This document shows, piece by piece, positions 11,301 through 26,949 of a DNA stretch of 64,000 bases; within the stretch, counting starts at the first letter, position 1, and the number at the start of each line of letters is the position of its first letter. Made by a program: the position numbers and the translations under genes. The DNA lies in NCBI GenBank assembly GCA_904063045.1, contig CAJFCJ010000020.1, positions 124,001 to 188,000 on the forward strand. The letters are read 5' to 3'. A model generated the notes under the pieces. That model was not told the DNA's origin. It saw only the letters and a list, made by a program, of their open reading frames with translations, and did not search any database. This stretch comes from Dimorphilus gyrociliatus (taxonomy: Eukaryota > Animalia > Annelida).

Positions 11301-14300
11301 GGGTGAAATAATCGCCGATTTAATGTAATTTTCCAACAGTAATTTGACTTTAAATTATCATTAATTAGTAACTTCTTTCCAGCAGTAATTACGTAATAAA
11401 TCGTAAAAAAAATTAAAATTTTATAATACTCAATAATTTCATTACAAATTCCTTTGTTAGTGTTCATTGATGCGAAAACCATCATAGGAAATCCAACCAA
11501 ATGACATTGACATAAATGTCAATTTCATTTTCAAATGTACTGAATAAAAATATGCAAAAATGTTGTAATTATTTTTTTATTGCTTTGTTATTCAGCATAA
11601 AATTATAAATTGCTGTTCAAATTGAATAAAAGGGTCTTTCTTCATTTAATGGAACTTCTATTTCGTAGCTTGAAAATAAATCATTTCATTTGTTTTGTCA
11701 TTTTTTTTTTGCCTAGAATTTTTTTTTATAAAATTCATTTATATTAGAGTTTCTAGTTTATTACCCACTGGTTTTGCATGATTGCACAAGACTTCGTGAT
11801 AATATTTAGGGTATTAGCTAAGTTAATTGGTCTATTATAGTCTATATATAGAAATATAAAACGATTATGGATCATTTGAAATTTTATATGAAAATAAAAC
11901 AATTATATAAACGACAGTAATAAAAATTTTCTCTCTATTATATTCAAAAGTTTATTTATTCTATTATTAAGTCAATATGAAAATTGTTCAATAAAAAAAA
12001 ATGCTCTATTACCATTGAATCTAAGTTTGTTTAACACTTTAGAGTCCATTTCCTGTCTATGTAGACGCTTAGAATTTTTTCGATGCTTCATACTGTACTA
12101 CTATAACATTCTTTTTTGTTTAAGAGGAATGTGTAGGATTTATGTCGGAATTTTGTATAACAATAAATATACAAGTGAAATGCATATTCTTTTTCTTCTT
12201 AGGCTCATTTTTGTAATTTGATCATTGACCCTTAAACTTTGTAGACATTAGAGAAATCAGTATTAGTCGGTAACTAGATTTCTTACTTTTTGTATTTCAT
12301 ATGCAAGATCTAATTTATTAATTAATTATAACAAACTAACTTAATTACTTAATAACATATCAAGCCTTTCCAATTTCTAGTCTTAATTTCCCTTGTAGAA
12401 TATGCAGGAAGAAATGACTTTCTCTTATTATTCCTCTCCTGCCCTCCTATTGAAAAAAAATGAACTGCTCCAGATGTATGATAAATAGATGGGTCTTTAC
12501 TTTTTGAAGATTTAATATCTTTCTTTTAAATAGACGACTTTGCTTTTGAAAGAGAAAAGAAGATTAATGGGTTATATAAAAAGTAACGGATAAAGAGAAT
12601 TCATGGACAAACTACCACCCTTATGCATTTTATTTGCAGTACATTCAGTATGCAGAATATCTATCCTCTGCATTAATTTTTGTTCATTAATTTTAATAAA
12701 TAATATCTAACGACATGGATAAAGCGTAATTCTAAATTTGGTTTAGTAATTATTAATACACTGCAGTAGGGGCGCAGTAATTTCTTAAAATAACAATTAG
12801 TAAAGTGAAGAGGTTTCACAAGTAATTGCATTCGATTGAAGAATCGTAAAATTAATAAAATTAATAGGCAGCAATAGAGGAAGAACAGCAAAATGCTATT
12901 CTTAGTAAAGAGGATTAAATTCAATAAATTATTAGGTCTAATCTAAAACTATAGATGGCGTTTCTTGTCCCTAAAAATGGTATCAATGAAATAGATGTCA
13001 TTACCATTAATAGAAAAATGATAAGACATAGAAAATAAATCTTTATTAATGTAAACGCTAGATATGAATAGAAATATTGATAAAATTCAATAGATTAATC
13101 GTTTATTCATGAAAATGACAAGAAAAATGAAATTACGGGAAAAAAGATATTTCTTTAAATTATTTAGAATTTAGAGAGAGAGAGAAACACAACGAAATGA
13201 CTAAGAAGAAATATAAAATATTAATGGAAAATAAAGAATCAAAAGGAAAATTTATGCATTGCATAGGTTAAATTACAATTTCATATCTTATAGATTATAT
13301 TAAAACAATAAAACAACTGATTAGTAGTTTAATATTTCCGAAATTTTTATGTTGAGTAACAAAATACAGATGGAAATGTGTTTGTCAAATATTAATCATG
13401 AAAAGCCTTAAGGCTATGCAGTTAACTAGGTTTTGTTCGTTCTGCTTTTCCAAAGAATTCTCATACAATTCTTGAGTTTAGTTAAAAGTTGTAAAAAGTA
13501 AAAGAAAGAAATTTGATTCCTTTGCCTACTAAAACATAAAACACAAATACAATTTGCTTTTCATCTATAAAATTGTATATTTCCTTTATGTTTTATTAAA
13601 AATAATAATATTTATAATTTTTGTTCGCTTATCTATCAGTCTAAACTTTATTTATTCAATAATTATTTGTTTGTTTTGGCAAACATGTTTATTTGTTAAG
13701 TTTTTCTATAATTAGGCTGTCTTCTTTCTTCTTCATTTCCCACTACAAGTTCTCCTCCTATTTCATCTATTTCATCTTCTACCTTATATGTTTTCCTTAT
13801 TCTCCTTTTTAAATGTTGCCTACTTTCTTTCGGCACCGCTCTATTCTTAAACAACTCATTCTATATCCTATTCATCCAGTTTACCTTGTCTTAAATACGG
13901 TTTGATGCCCTTTGACTTTATCTTGGCTAGAATAATAGAATAGCATAAAAATATATGATATAAGAAAAACTATTTGATAATATGAAGGATCCATTGGGAA
14001 TATGGAAAATTGTATCAGACTGCGAATGAGACTTTGCATACCTTGGAGACGGTCTGAAAGGCGGAATATATTTTGCAAAATCGAAATATTTTGATAATTT
14101 TGATAGTTTTGTATTAATAAATGGAACAGCGTGGGAAATAAGTTCAATAATGAGGATTTATCTTAAAAGATCAATATCTCTATTCTCCTTAATTGAAATT
14201 GATAAGAAAAGGAGGGAAATTATAAGATTCTATATATTAACAATAATACATTCTTATCTCTTTTATTTACAGTTTAATGTTATTCATTCTCATTGTCTCT

Positions 14301-16945
14301 CAGACATGTATTTTTCTGATTAGTCATATTTTTTCTTTATTCTTCTCCATTTATAAATTTATCATTTAAGAAAAGAAGTTTTATAAAATGGAATTACAAC
14401 CGTTTTGCAGTTCAATTAACGTTTGTAAGAGAAAATGGTAGTTGGTAGTTTTTATGTTTTACTGATAAAAATCAATTATTAAAAGACTATTTCAAGGTTT
14501 TATACCAGAACGTAACGATACACAAAAGAAGGAATATTTTAACAATCGTATCATAGTAACGCTGGAATTAAATTGGAAAACTTGACATTTTATAGCATTA
14601 CCACCTTATCAGATAAAATTAATTTAAATGTGATAACTTAATATAAATAACTATACACTTGATCATAAATAGTGATTAAGACTAGACGCTTTTCTTATTA
14701 AGGATAAAAAGGTGGCAACTATAAATTTTAGTTGTAATGCAAGAAATAACAATTTAAATAGAATTAATGAATCTATATATTTCAGTGTATGAATAGATAA
14801 TTTATTAATATCTCCTTTTAAACAAATGTCCTGTATTTTAGCGACATTCTAATAAATATATCTTATTATTTAACAGCAATACAGCACGAAGAATAGGGTT
14901 AGTGACGTTTTTTATATCTAATTATTTTCCCATACAAATGAATTTTTCTCTACTAAAATTAGCGAATTTTTAAATGAAAACGACTAGAAAATATACTTTA
15001 AAATGTAATATATATAATATATATATCTTCATAGTTATTAAAGAAAAGATCTTTTAATACTTTTATTAATTTATCTATGTAGAAAAATCCATTTGATATG
15101 TTATACATTGTATATATTTTATTAATAAGTGTGTATTATAATATTTATGTATTGAAGAAATATGTGTATATATCAATAAATAACATTTCGATATAATTAC
15201 AATCTATACAATAGATATAAATAAAAAAAACATATCAATTTTTGTTCCTTTAATAACTTATTATTTTGTTTAACGATAGATGGCGTAGATAAATACTTTA
15301 TTTTCCACGTCCTCACTCTCTTTACAAGAGCGCCCCCTTTAATTTAATTGTTAAAAGTTTATTTTTATAAAGACAATTCTAATTTTGACACAAGTAGCTA
15401 TTTTAAACGGCTTAGTAGATTTTTTTAAAGCCTATATAAGAAATTGTAAGTTTTCGATACATAAAACCTCTTTTAATTATTTATATACTACAATTCAATC
15501 GGTTAAATATTTATTTGTAGTAGTCTTTTCTTCCTCACATACTTTTTCGCTTTTCCCTTTTTCTTAAAAGGTTTAAGCTGTAGGAGAATATATTTACTCT
15601 ATAGGCCTATAAGTATTACATAAGTTTACTTTATATCTTTCTCAATAAAGTGAATTTAAATCCCTAATTAATTGAGGGCGGCTAGATGAAATAGAAAGAA
15701 AAAAAGGGGGATTATAAAGGAGAGATAATGGTATTTATGTTTTCGCTAGAAAATCTAATTTAATAATAAAAGCATAATTTATTTTTAGACTGTCTTAATC
15801 GATGAGTAATTTAATTTTAGCATAAGTTACTTTTTTCTTACAATAGACACTTAACATTTGTAAAAGGGATATATTTGATAATTTAACGCCCACTTAATTC
15901 TAACTGTATTGAATATATTGTCCGAATTTATATACTATATATATATATATATATATGAGTGTGATCTTTCCTCATTTTGCTTACAAATCAATAGTATTTT
16001 TCTTTGAGATAGAATTTATAGACCCTTTATATGCCTATGGAAACAGTACTAATTTGCTTTACTATTTTAGCAGTGCAGTAAGTGTAACAGTAGAAAAAGA
16101 AGTAATGATTAAAAGAGAGAAATGAATTGTATATAACAACGATTTGTACCTGAATAAACAAAGATACGCGTTTTTTTTTATATAAAAATAGCATCAGTAT
16201 GTTAAATGAAGTTGAAATCGATAAATCGTATTAGTACTAGACTTTCAATATTGCATTTGACATTATATCTGATCTATAATGTTTAAACTAGGCATCACTA
16301 CGTGATCTAGATACATAAGTAGAATAAATAGACAGTAATATCAGTGATGCAAGAACTATTTCACTCTATACTTTCATATCTGCTATAAGAAAAATAAATA
16401 CTAGAATAGCTGCGTAATCAATATATTCCAAAAACTTTCAGAATATATTTATCAAAACTATTAAATTGATTATCTTCAATATCAGATATACTGTATAAGA
16501 CGAACATATATAGAAACATTTATTTCACAGTTGTTTAGATAGGATGATAAATTAGTTGGTGTCTTAACCAATATAGTCAGATTTATAGCTTGAAACATAT
16601 GCACAACGAATAGAAGCGTCTAGATGTTTTGTAAGAAAGTAAATACTTTCAAACAGAGTCACTTCCGAACTGTGATATTGCTATCTAAGAATACGCGTAC
16701 TCTTATGAGACTATATACAAAATTTATGCTTACATTTGTCTTATAGACTTATACACTTACAATATTAGTCAATACTTGTAAATTCAAGAGTCTATATACA
16801 CTATTTACTTTACAAAAGGAGGAAATCTTCCCTCGCTTCTTGCCTCATTTTAACTTTTTTTTCTTTTTTCCCTTCAAATAGTTAAAGACTGTTCCTTCAT
16901 ATCTTTCATTCTATCTCTCTTAAACTGTCTTTTCATTTTATAGTT

Positions 16946-18753
16946 TCAGAATTTGACATCTCCCAAGCCAGAAATTCCTAATCGAATATTTGATGGTCCG
17001 TTCTGTTTAGGCGGTGTATTTCTCCACGAGCCGTCAGATGAAATTGACTGGTGAGCGGCTGCCGACGAAAAAAGTAGAGGGCTGGATTGACGACCGCTTA
17101 AAGTGACCGTAGATCTTATTTTTGCAACAAAGGGTTGATCGATTTCACTATAATCCTCCGAGGCTGTAGCGGCGTAGTGTCCTTTGCTAGAAGATTTCAA
17201 AGCTGAAATCGTCTGTCTAACACTCGAATCCATGAACCAAAATCCCGTTGCAACAGCTGCTGCTGAATGTCCTATCCATCGCATTGTACACCATGCTATC
17301 GGATTTAAACAATGTCCCTCACAGAATGGTATCCATACATAGAAAATGTAGAAAGGCGACCATAAGAGTACGTAGACTGCGCATACCGATGCTATTACGC
17401 AAACAGAATGACGAACCAGCCTTAGTTCATTACTTAGAACATCCAACCAACAACGATCTTTGTCGCAAGGTGAGGATCTATGATGACAGCATTGTTCAGG
17501 AGGATATCTTCTTGCTCGAGTAAATAAACAGACGGCAGAAACGCATCCGAGTAAACTACCAACGCCCGGTATAATGTAGACTAGGCCAGCAGTAGCAAGA
17601 GCGTGAACTTTGGTCATTCTTAAGGCGCACACCTGGAAGAAATTCAAAGTTTAACGCCATCTGAGCTTAAAAGTTTAATGAGCGGGGTTTTTTTTAGTTT
17701 CGCTAGTTAAGAGCAAGTTTAGTTGGATCAACAGACAAAAAACGTAGAGAAATAGGGTAGCTAATCTGTAAAAAATAATTCCATAGCTTTGCCGATATCG
17801 AACGCCTTATCGGTCTTACATTGGCAGCCAAACGGTATTTTTTTACTTTTCTACTGTATAATATATACAATTCACTAATATCGTTATACATATTGATAAT
17901 ACTAATAAGCAGGATAGAATAAGGTGAAAAAATGGGTGCTATTGCTCGTATTAATGCTTTCAAATAGTGGACAAACAAGTCACGACCGCGTAAGATGACA
18001 CTCGTTTCGGGTCGATGAAAACATTCTATTTGCATCGATTTGCATATACACTATTGTCCACTTTATAGGCGTCTATTTGGCACGGCAAATATTACAATGT
18101 TAGATTTATACGAGGATTTATTTATTTATTTTCTTTTCTATTTGAATGTAAAGCGTGAGAATACTGAAAAAATTCCTTACCTCAACTAAAACCGACTCTT
18201 CCAATCCCATATTTAGCATAGTAGGCACGGCTCCCAAAACACCAAAGAACAAGGATGTAAATGATAAAATTCCAATTTTCCATCCAGTTATTCGTTTCGG
18301 ATAGGATAACGGTTGAACAGCGTATACGCATTTATCAACCGTAATCGCCACTAAGGTCCACATGCTAATAGCTTGTAGGCTCACTTTTGCAATTAGCCAC
18401 CCGCGACAAGCATAATCAGATAATGGCCATTTCTCTGTACTTTCAATAGTGACTGTAAGAGGAAAAGTTGCCAAACCTAAAGAGAGAGTGGAAATACTCC
18501 ATTGTACAATAAGCCAATGAGACGCTTTCCAAGTTCTTAGCCTTATGGAAGCAATCAGTAAACCTAGTAATATTAGGTGAAGTAAGGCTGTAATCACAGT
18601 TAACAGTGATCCGTAGGCTACAACTCCAATTCTTGTAGATCTATTCATCATGAAATGATCATCTTCTGTTTTATTCGTGTAGAAGACGATCCACGTTAAC
18701 GGACCGCTGCCGCGGAGCGTGTGCGAGAAGCGGGCGGACTGGGAACGTTGCAT
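16946..18753 (-). CDS. Class A (rhodopsin-like) orphan GPCR, biogenic-amine-receptor-like but divergent, about 419 aa
   Basis: Two exons, 18753-18181 (donor GTAAGG) and 17632-16946 (acceptor TTCTTCCAG), phase 0. Seven hydrophobic segments; ECL1 WPLSDYAC; TM3 end AITVDKCVYAVQPLSY; TM4 Trp; TM6 YVLLWSPFY. Confidence 0.88.
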
Positions 18754-19607
18754 GCCGCTCGACTCGTTTTATATATACAATCTGTTCTTCTTTAATTCTT
18801 CACACTTGAACTTTACTGGCCTTCGCCTATTCGGAGAATGTTTAGTAGCGCGTGAAACGTGCCTCTTCGTATCCTCTTCTTCCAGGAAAATATGAAGGAT
18901 CTATACGCCTGTGTAAACGTCCGATCAGCAGTTAAAACTTTTCCCCCAATCTTTCGTATATATTCGACAAGCTATTGCATATGCAAATAAGAGGGCTAGT
19001 TGGCCAATAGGCATTCACCGGCCAGTATTTCGTTTCGGTCCGCCTTATTTGTATAGTACTGTCGAAAAGAATTTTTTTGAGAGTAAAATCAACATTCACC
19101 CTTATTACGTTTCTTATCAAATCTGATCAAAGAAAGCGTCAGTCCTCGATTGTCTTACATTTCTTCTTCGAGTAGATAAACGATATCTATTTAATTATAA
19201 CTGCCGTTTATTTAATATATAAAATATGAAAGAATAAAAGAAGCACGTTTTATATACAAGAACGACAACTCGTTCAAAATACTTTTTTTTAGACAGCTAT
19301 ATGATTAATAAGTATGATGAAAAAGGCTGGGTGACTAAGCGGGTTTCAGTCAGCTCTCTTGGTGGTCCAGACGGTGCTAGTCAGAGTTTTGTTTGTAAAG
19401 TTTTGAATCAAATAGAATTGAATAAACCGTAAATGACGTATGATAGAAAGTGAGAATTTTTTCGAAAACATTATATAACCACTGACTGCGATGTCTAGAG
19501 CGAATATACTTATCAATTGCCGACCCATAAAATTGGGTATACGAGCACGTGTGCGAACGATTTTGCAGTTGGATGCGTTTCGACTTGTAGTAAAGAAGGA
19601 AAAGAAA

Positions 19608-19632
19608 GAAGAAGAAGAAGAAGAAGAAGAAG
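19608..19632 (+). repeat. (GAA)n microsatellite
   Basis: aaagaagaagaagaagaagaagaagaagg. Confidence 0.9.
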
Positions 19633-22600
19633 GATTATAACCAAAGTGTATATATATATTTATATATAAAAGCAGATGTATTTGTACAGAACAGATAGAA
19701 TTAGGTAGGAAAATGCAGTAAACATATCAATAACTCAGTCAATCGGTCTACTTCGTTAGGAAACTGAAATATGCAGTCTGGTCAATAGAAGTTGCAGACC
19801 AACGCAGTCAACAGTTCAGATGGCAATAATCTTCTGAAATATTCCATATACCTCAACAATATACTAGTAGTTGACGGATGAATAACTTGGTGGGCCTAAC
19901 TAATTCGCAAACATCTGTTCCTAGATAGCGCAAACTTTTTACCCCCTTACTTTGTCTGTTCTACTATAAAAGAAAAAAGAGAGAGAAAACTGGACACGAA
20001 TGTTTTTATTGTAAACGAAATACTCGCCCCAGTCTGTTTTGAAATAGTCGATCCAACTATGTTTTTGCCCCCGATTACCAAATTTTTTCTCTCCAGTTAT
20101 ACTAACTCTTAGAGGTTACAGAACTGTTTGATCCTCTCTCTCTTTCTTTTCCTATATATATTTATTAAATAAATCATAACTAAATATGCATTTATTAGAT
20201 AGAAAATCTAATTTTTATGCCATTTGCAAATCATCATCTAGTAAAAGTAAAGGATAAATAAAAAAAATGAGGAAAGAAAGGGAGGTCGTTTTATTCTTTC
20301 CTTAACAAATAGATGTCATTTGTCATTTCTTTACAAATTTAAGATTTTAACCAGTCAATTTTCGGATTAGGTTCTTTTTTTTCACTTTTCTATTCTTTTT
20401 TCTTCTTTGAAAAAAAGGCGGGGAGCTTCTTTTTTTCTAATTGTTCTTTAAAGTATAATCGGCCTGTTGTACCCTACTCTTTGTCGGCAGATCAAATGAT
20501 TCTTTGACTGACTAGCATGTAGTTTTTCTATTTATTGTAAGACTAATACTTTAATTTTGCCGGATAAGTTGAGTGTAATAGCCATTTTAAGGGGGGAAAA
20601 GTACATTTTCAATTATTTACAATTTAAAAGACAGTTATATATGTACATTTATACAAAGAGGTTGAAAATAGAATTATATGTACGTTTCCAGTCTAATAAA
20701 TCACATGATGGCAACTTTCAAACGGAAGTATATTGGCAAGTAATAACTGATTAATTAGATTTATAATAAAAATACTATTATTCGCTTATAATCAATTACA
20801 TTTATTATTTTCTGTTGATAGTTTTTTTATTCCCATTGTTTATTCTTTATGTTGTTTTCTTTTTTCAAGTGAATTTATAATTCTTCTTTTCTTCTTTCTT
20901 TCTCTCTGTCTATCTCTCTCTATACTATATATACAGTATATCATTTTCTTTCTACTCTCCTATTCAAGTCTCTAAAATCTCTAAGTGTTGTGCGACAGAT
21001 TAAAACTATTGTAAATAAATTTGTGCACTTAATCAGGAAGGTATGGGAATATTCTAAATAATCAATTACAAGTTAAAGAAATTTGACAAAAAATTAGTTG
21101 TTGACAGACAAGATAAGAATGTTATATAGATATACTCAATTGCCAGATACGGATTAAGAAAGATGTTATTGGAATTCCTTAGACTTTCTTGAAGCAGAAC
21201 AAAGGGAATGGGGATTCCTCGTTGCAATTCCTTGGAAACGGGGGGCGTAATTGCTTCCAAAACAAAGGTCAGGAAGGTAAAGGGATAATTGGGTGCAGAG
21301 AGGCAAAAGTGTGCAATCTATCCGTTATATTTTATATATATAGATATGAATAATAGCGGGCTGCTTCTTTTCTTTCTCTTTATCTTCCTCCTATCTTAAT
21401 GGAAATGAACAGCGGGCGGTGAAAGACGACGACGAATGATAAGACGGATACTCGCGACTTTTATTAAACTGCACTCTAACACTTCATTTCCGTCTATTAA
21501 TACAAAGGAAAAATACAATACTGACACGAGCGGATATTCTTTTAATACACGTTGGCTACAGCGAACGGACGGTAAATAAAAATAAATCAACTTTAAATGA
21601 AAAGTAAACAACTCGCGAGTCGGAGGCAAACATTCGATGCAATCAAGTGTATTACGCAACTGCTAAGTAGGCATTAATTGTGAAAGCCAGAGCCATTTCG
21701 CAGATGAAAAGAGGCACGTGATAATTAGGAAGGGATTAACGGTCGGCTTTGAACAGAAGAAGAGAGAGGAAGGCTATTGGGACGTATAATCCGCCTATAC
21801 TGGCTTTTTTTTTTACTTTTGGAAAGAAAATCCGTGGGAAAGAGAGTGTTGCTCGTCTCCACTGACTCATCACCATTTATGCTTACCCTTTCTTCTAATA
21901 TCTTGGGAGGAAGAAGCCGTAGGAACGGCGTGATTACATTTTTTGCGCCACACACAGTCACACCATCTGCTCGCGTCGTTAATCATTACTCAAGTAGACG
22001 TCCGGGAAACTCATAGCAACGACGTCTCCAGTAAATTACCTTCGAACTTTAAAATAGACGGTGGTGTCACATTGCTAATCTGATGCGGATTCATCACATG
22101 TTCTTGTTTACTCTACGTAAGCAATCTCAACCAAGCGTCTCTCCTAATTGGGTATCATGCTACCACCTTCTCTTTTACGCAATGCCACCAACAATTTTAC
22201 GGTGGGGAAAACGAGATGAAAGAATGAAAGAGACCAAAAGAAAGCAGCGAAAGTCCAGCTACGCGCGTATATTTGCTTTCGGATAAATATTCGAACTTTT
22301 TATTTATATGAACGTGCTTTCACGCGGTGGGCAGGTGTAGAGCAAACAATATTGCTTTCCATTCACAATACAGTTTGTAAAATAAAGAAAGGATATAATT
22401 AACTATGAGATTTATTAATTTAAAGAAAAAAACATGCAGACATTTTAATCTATTCTATATATACAGTATATGTATAAAGACATTGATAGAGCTTGTAAAA
22501 CAAGCAGCGTACGGGTACGGTATAGATGGGATGAAAAACACCAGACTTGTAAGTTTTCAGCCATCTATCGGGTTTTAGAACAATTAGGAAGCACAGAGAA

Positions 22601-22984
22601 ACTGGTAGATTGCAGTAATATTTTGACTTTCCAGTTCATCGATAAGGGGACAGAGAGTTCATATTAATAATATTTTACCACCCAAACGACAAACGTTTAC
22701 AAATAAATGATTTCTAATGAAAGCATTTATGTTATAAAAAGAGATTTATTTGATCGTATCACTAATCCTTAATAGACAGCCCTATTGGTAACTGTCCAGC
22801 TAGAGGAATTATAGAGAAATATGTCAGAAACGCCATCTGCAAATAAAAATCAACAAGAAGCGAGGTTACATCACAGAAGAAGTAAGAAATCTTTCCTAAT
22901 AATATTTAATTATAATAATTGTCGCTAAAACCAATGTGTCACTTACGATTTATTTGAAATAATATCTAAATAAATAATAAATCT

Positions 22985-23200
22985 AGGAGAAAAGGCAACT
23001 TAGCAAGAGAGAGAGACGAAGATAAACAGCGACATAGATAGAGAGGGAAGGAGAGAGAGAGAGAGAGATAAAGAGCGACACAGATAGAGGGGGAAAAGAA
23101 AGAGAGGAAGGGGTAGGGGGCAGATCGGAAAAAAGAGACAGATAGAGCGATAGGGAAAGATAGATTGATTGATAGATTGACAGGCCACAGAACGAAATAA
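22985..23200 (+). repeat. Polypurine (GA-rich) degenerate repeat tract
   Basis: Near-absence of pyrimidines; recurring unit AGCGACA(T/C)AGATAGAG and (GA)n, (GATT)n. It accounts for the spurious SLSL ORFs 22966-23264. Confidence 0.85.
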
Positions 23201-23878
23201 GGAAAATGCCAAAAAGAACTACACAATTGCGTAATACATAAAATAAGAATAAATTTAATAACACGTGTTTATACTATTATTTAGTCATCGTCCATATCTC
23301 TTATTCAAGAGATGGCGCAATCTATGGCAGATTTTCCACAAGTGAAAGTCATGGTTTCAAATATACTGGTTTTTTCCGGAAACTTTTCCATTCACATCTT
23401 TTAAGGTTGTTTACAAGAAACTGTCACAATAAAACGCGTACCGTTCTTAGTTGAACATGTTATTCGTTACGATACTTTTGAACGAAACGTTGCAATGAAT
23501 GGTGTCAAACCAAGAATAAATAATAAACACAACAGCAATTCTATAAATCGATGGAGTAAAAGCCTTCGATATCCGATTGGTTTGTTATAATAAATATTTT
23601 TACTTAGATAGTCTAAAAATATTCTTTTATACGAGTTCCCTATTTGAGCAATATTCATACGGACATATAATAACTTAGTATTTAACACAGCTTCGTCATA
23701 CTTCAATGATGAGTAATAATGCACTTGAATGAATTGATATGTATTATATATTTAATATAAATTTATATATATATATGTAACCGTGTATATATGTGTGACG
23801 GTGTTTATATCGATTAATTTCCAGCATATTCGTTTTATAAGAAGAGGTCTAAAAAGTACGTTTATTCCTATTTCAGCT

Positions 23879-26098
<2,220 letters not shown>

Positions 26099-26949
26099 GA
26101 GGAAAGCTTCTAAACTTTTTGAAAATAACTTACAGTGTGACTTTTCCGCCTTTATTATGTTAAATATCGATTCTTCTGTGTTTCATATTCAGAGTGGAAA
26201 GCACATTAATTATCTGCATGATAAAAATTCATGATTATTCAATACTTACTATATTTGTTCCAGAATTAGTAATGGCAATTAATTATAGCAAAATATATGT
26301 AATTCTATCAAGGAGTAGAGCATTTATTACCTTAGAAAAGAATTATTTAGTCCTTCCACCCTTCGAATATCATTATGAATTTACTCATAGAGTATTAATA
26401 GGCATAAAATCAATGAAACAAATTGGAATCGTATCAATTCCCTACACGATTTTAATCTTGCAGTTGTCTGGCACTCTTTGAGAAACAAAGATTATAGAAG
26501 ATCGTTCTAGCGCGAATATTTGCTAGCCGTTAACCTTATTATACAAATTAAGTAAAAAAAGAATTTAAAAATTAATTTCATAATCGAAATATTTAAAGTT
26601 TCCAGCTTATCAATTAAGTATATTTCTCTCTTTTTTCTTTCATTTCCCCCTTTTAATCTTTTACCTATTGCACACCATTAAGTATACATAAGTTCCTGGC
26701 TTGAATTGGTTATTTTCTTTTTACTAGTTAACTTAATAAATAATTGACTATTCCTCTCTATTTCATGTAATTTACAAGTGAATGTTACAACTTTATCGTG
26801 CAGAGTTAGATATTCTTCTCCCTTTCTATTTTACTATTTAATTCGATTACATATAGAGATCACATATTGTCTTGTATAACTTGAGAAAAGATGTATACGT
26901 CTTTATACTAAAACTGAGGCATATTGCAAAACTCCCATAATACCCGATT

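Noticed and set aside
17248-17523. Plus-strand 91-aa ORF and similar antisense ORFs (25016-25312, 34952-35281, 44068-44334, 45309-45638, 46587-46859, 58979-59191, 62885-63079)
   Set aside because: They are antisense shadows of real coding exons with no independent domain or splice support.
22966-23264. Three overlapping minus-strand ORFs rich in S/L/F
   Set aside because: They are translations of a GA-rich simple repeat.
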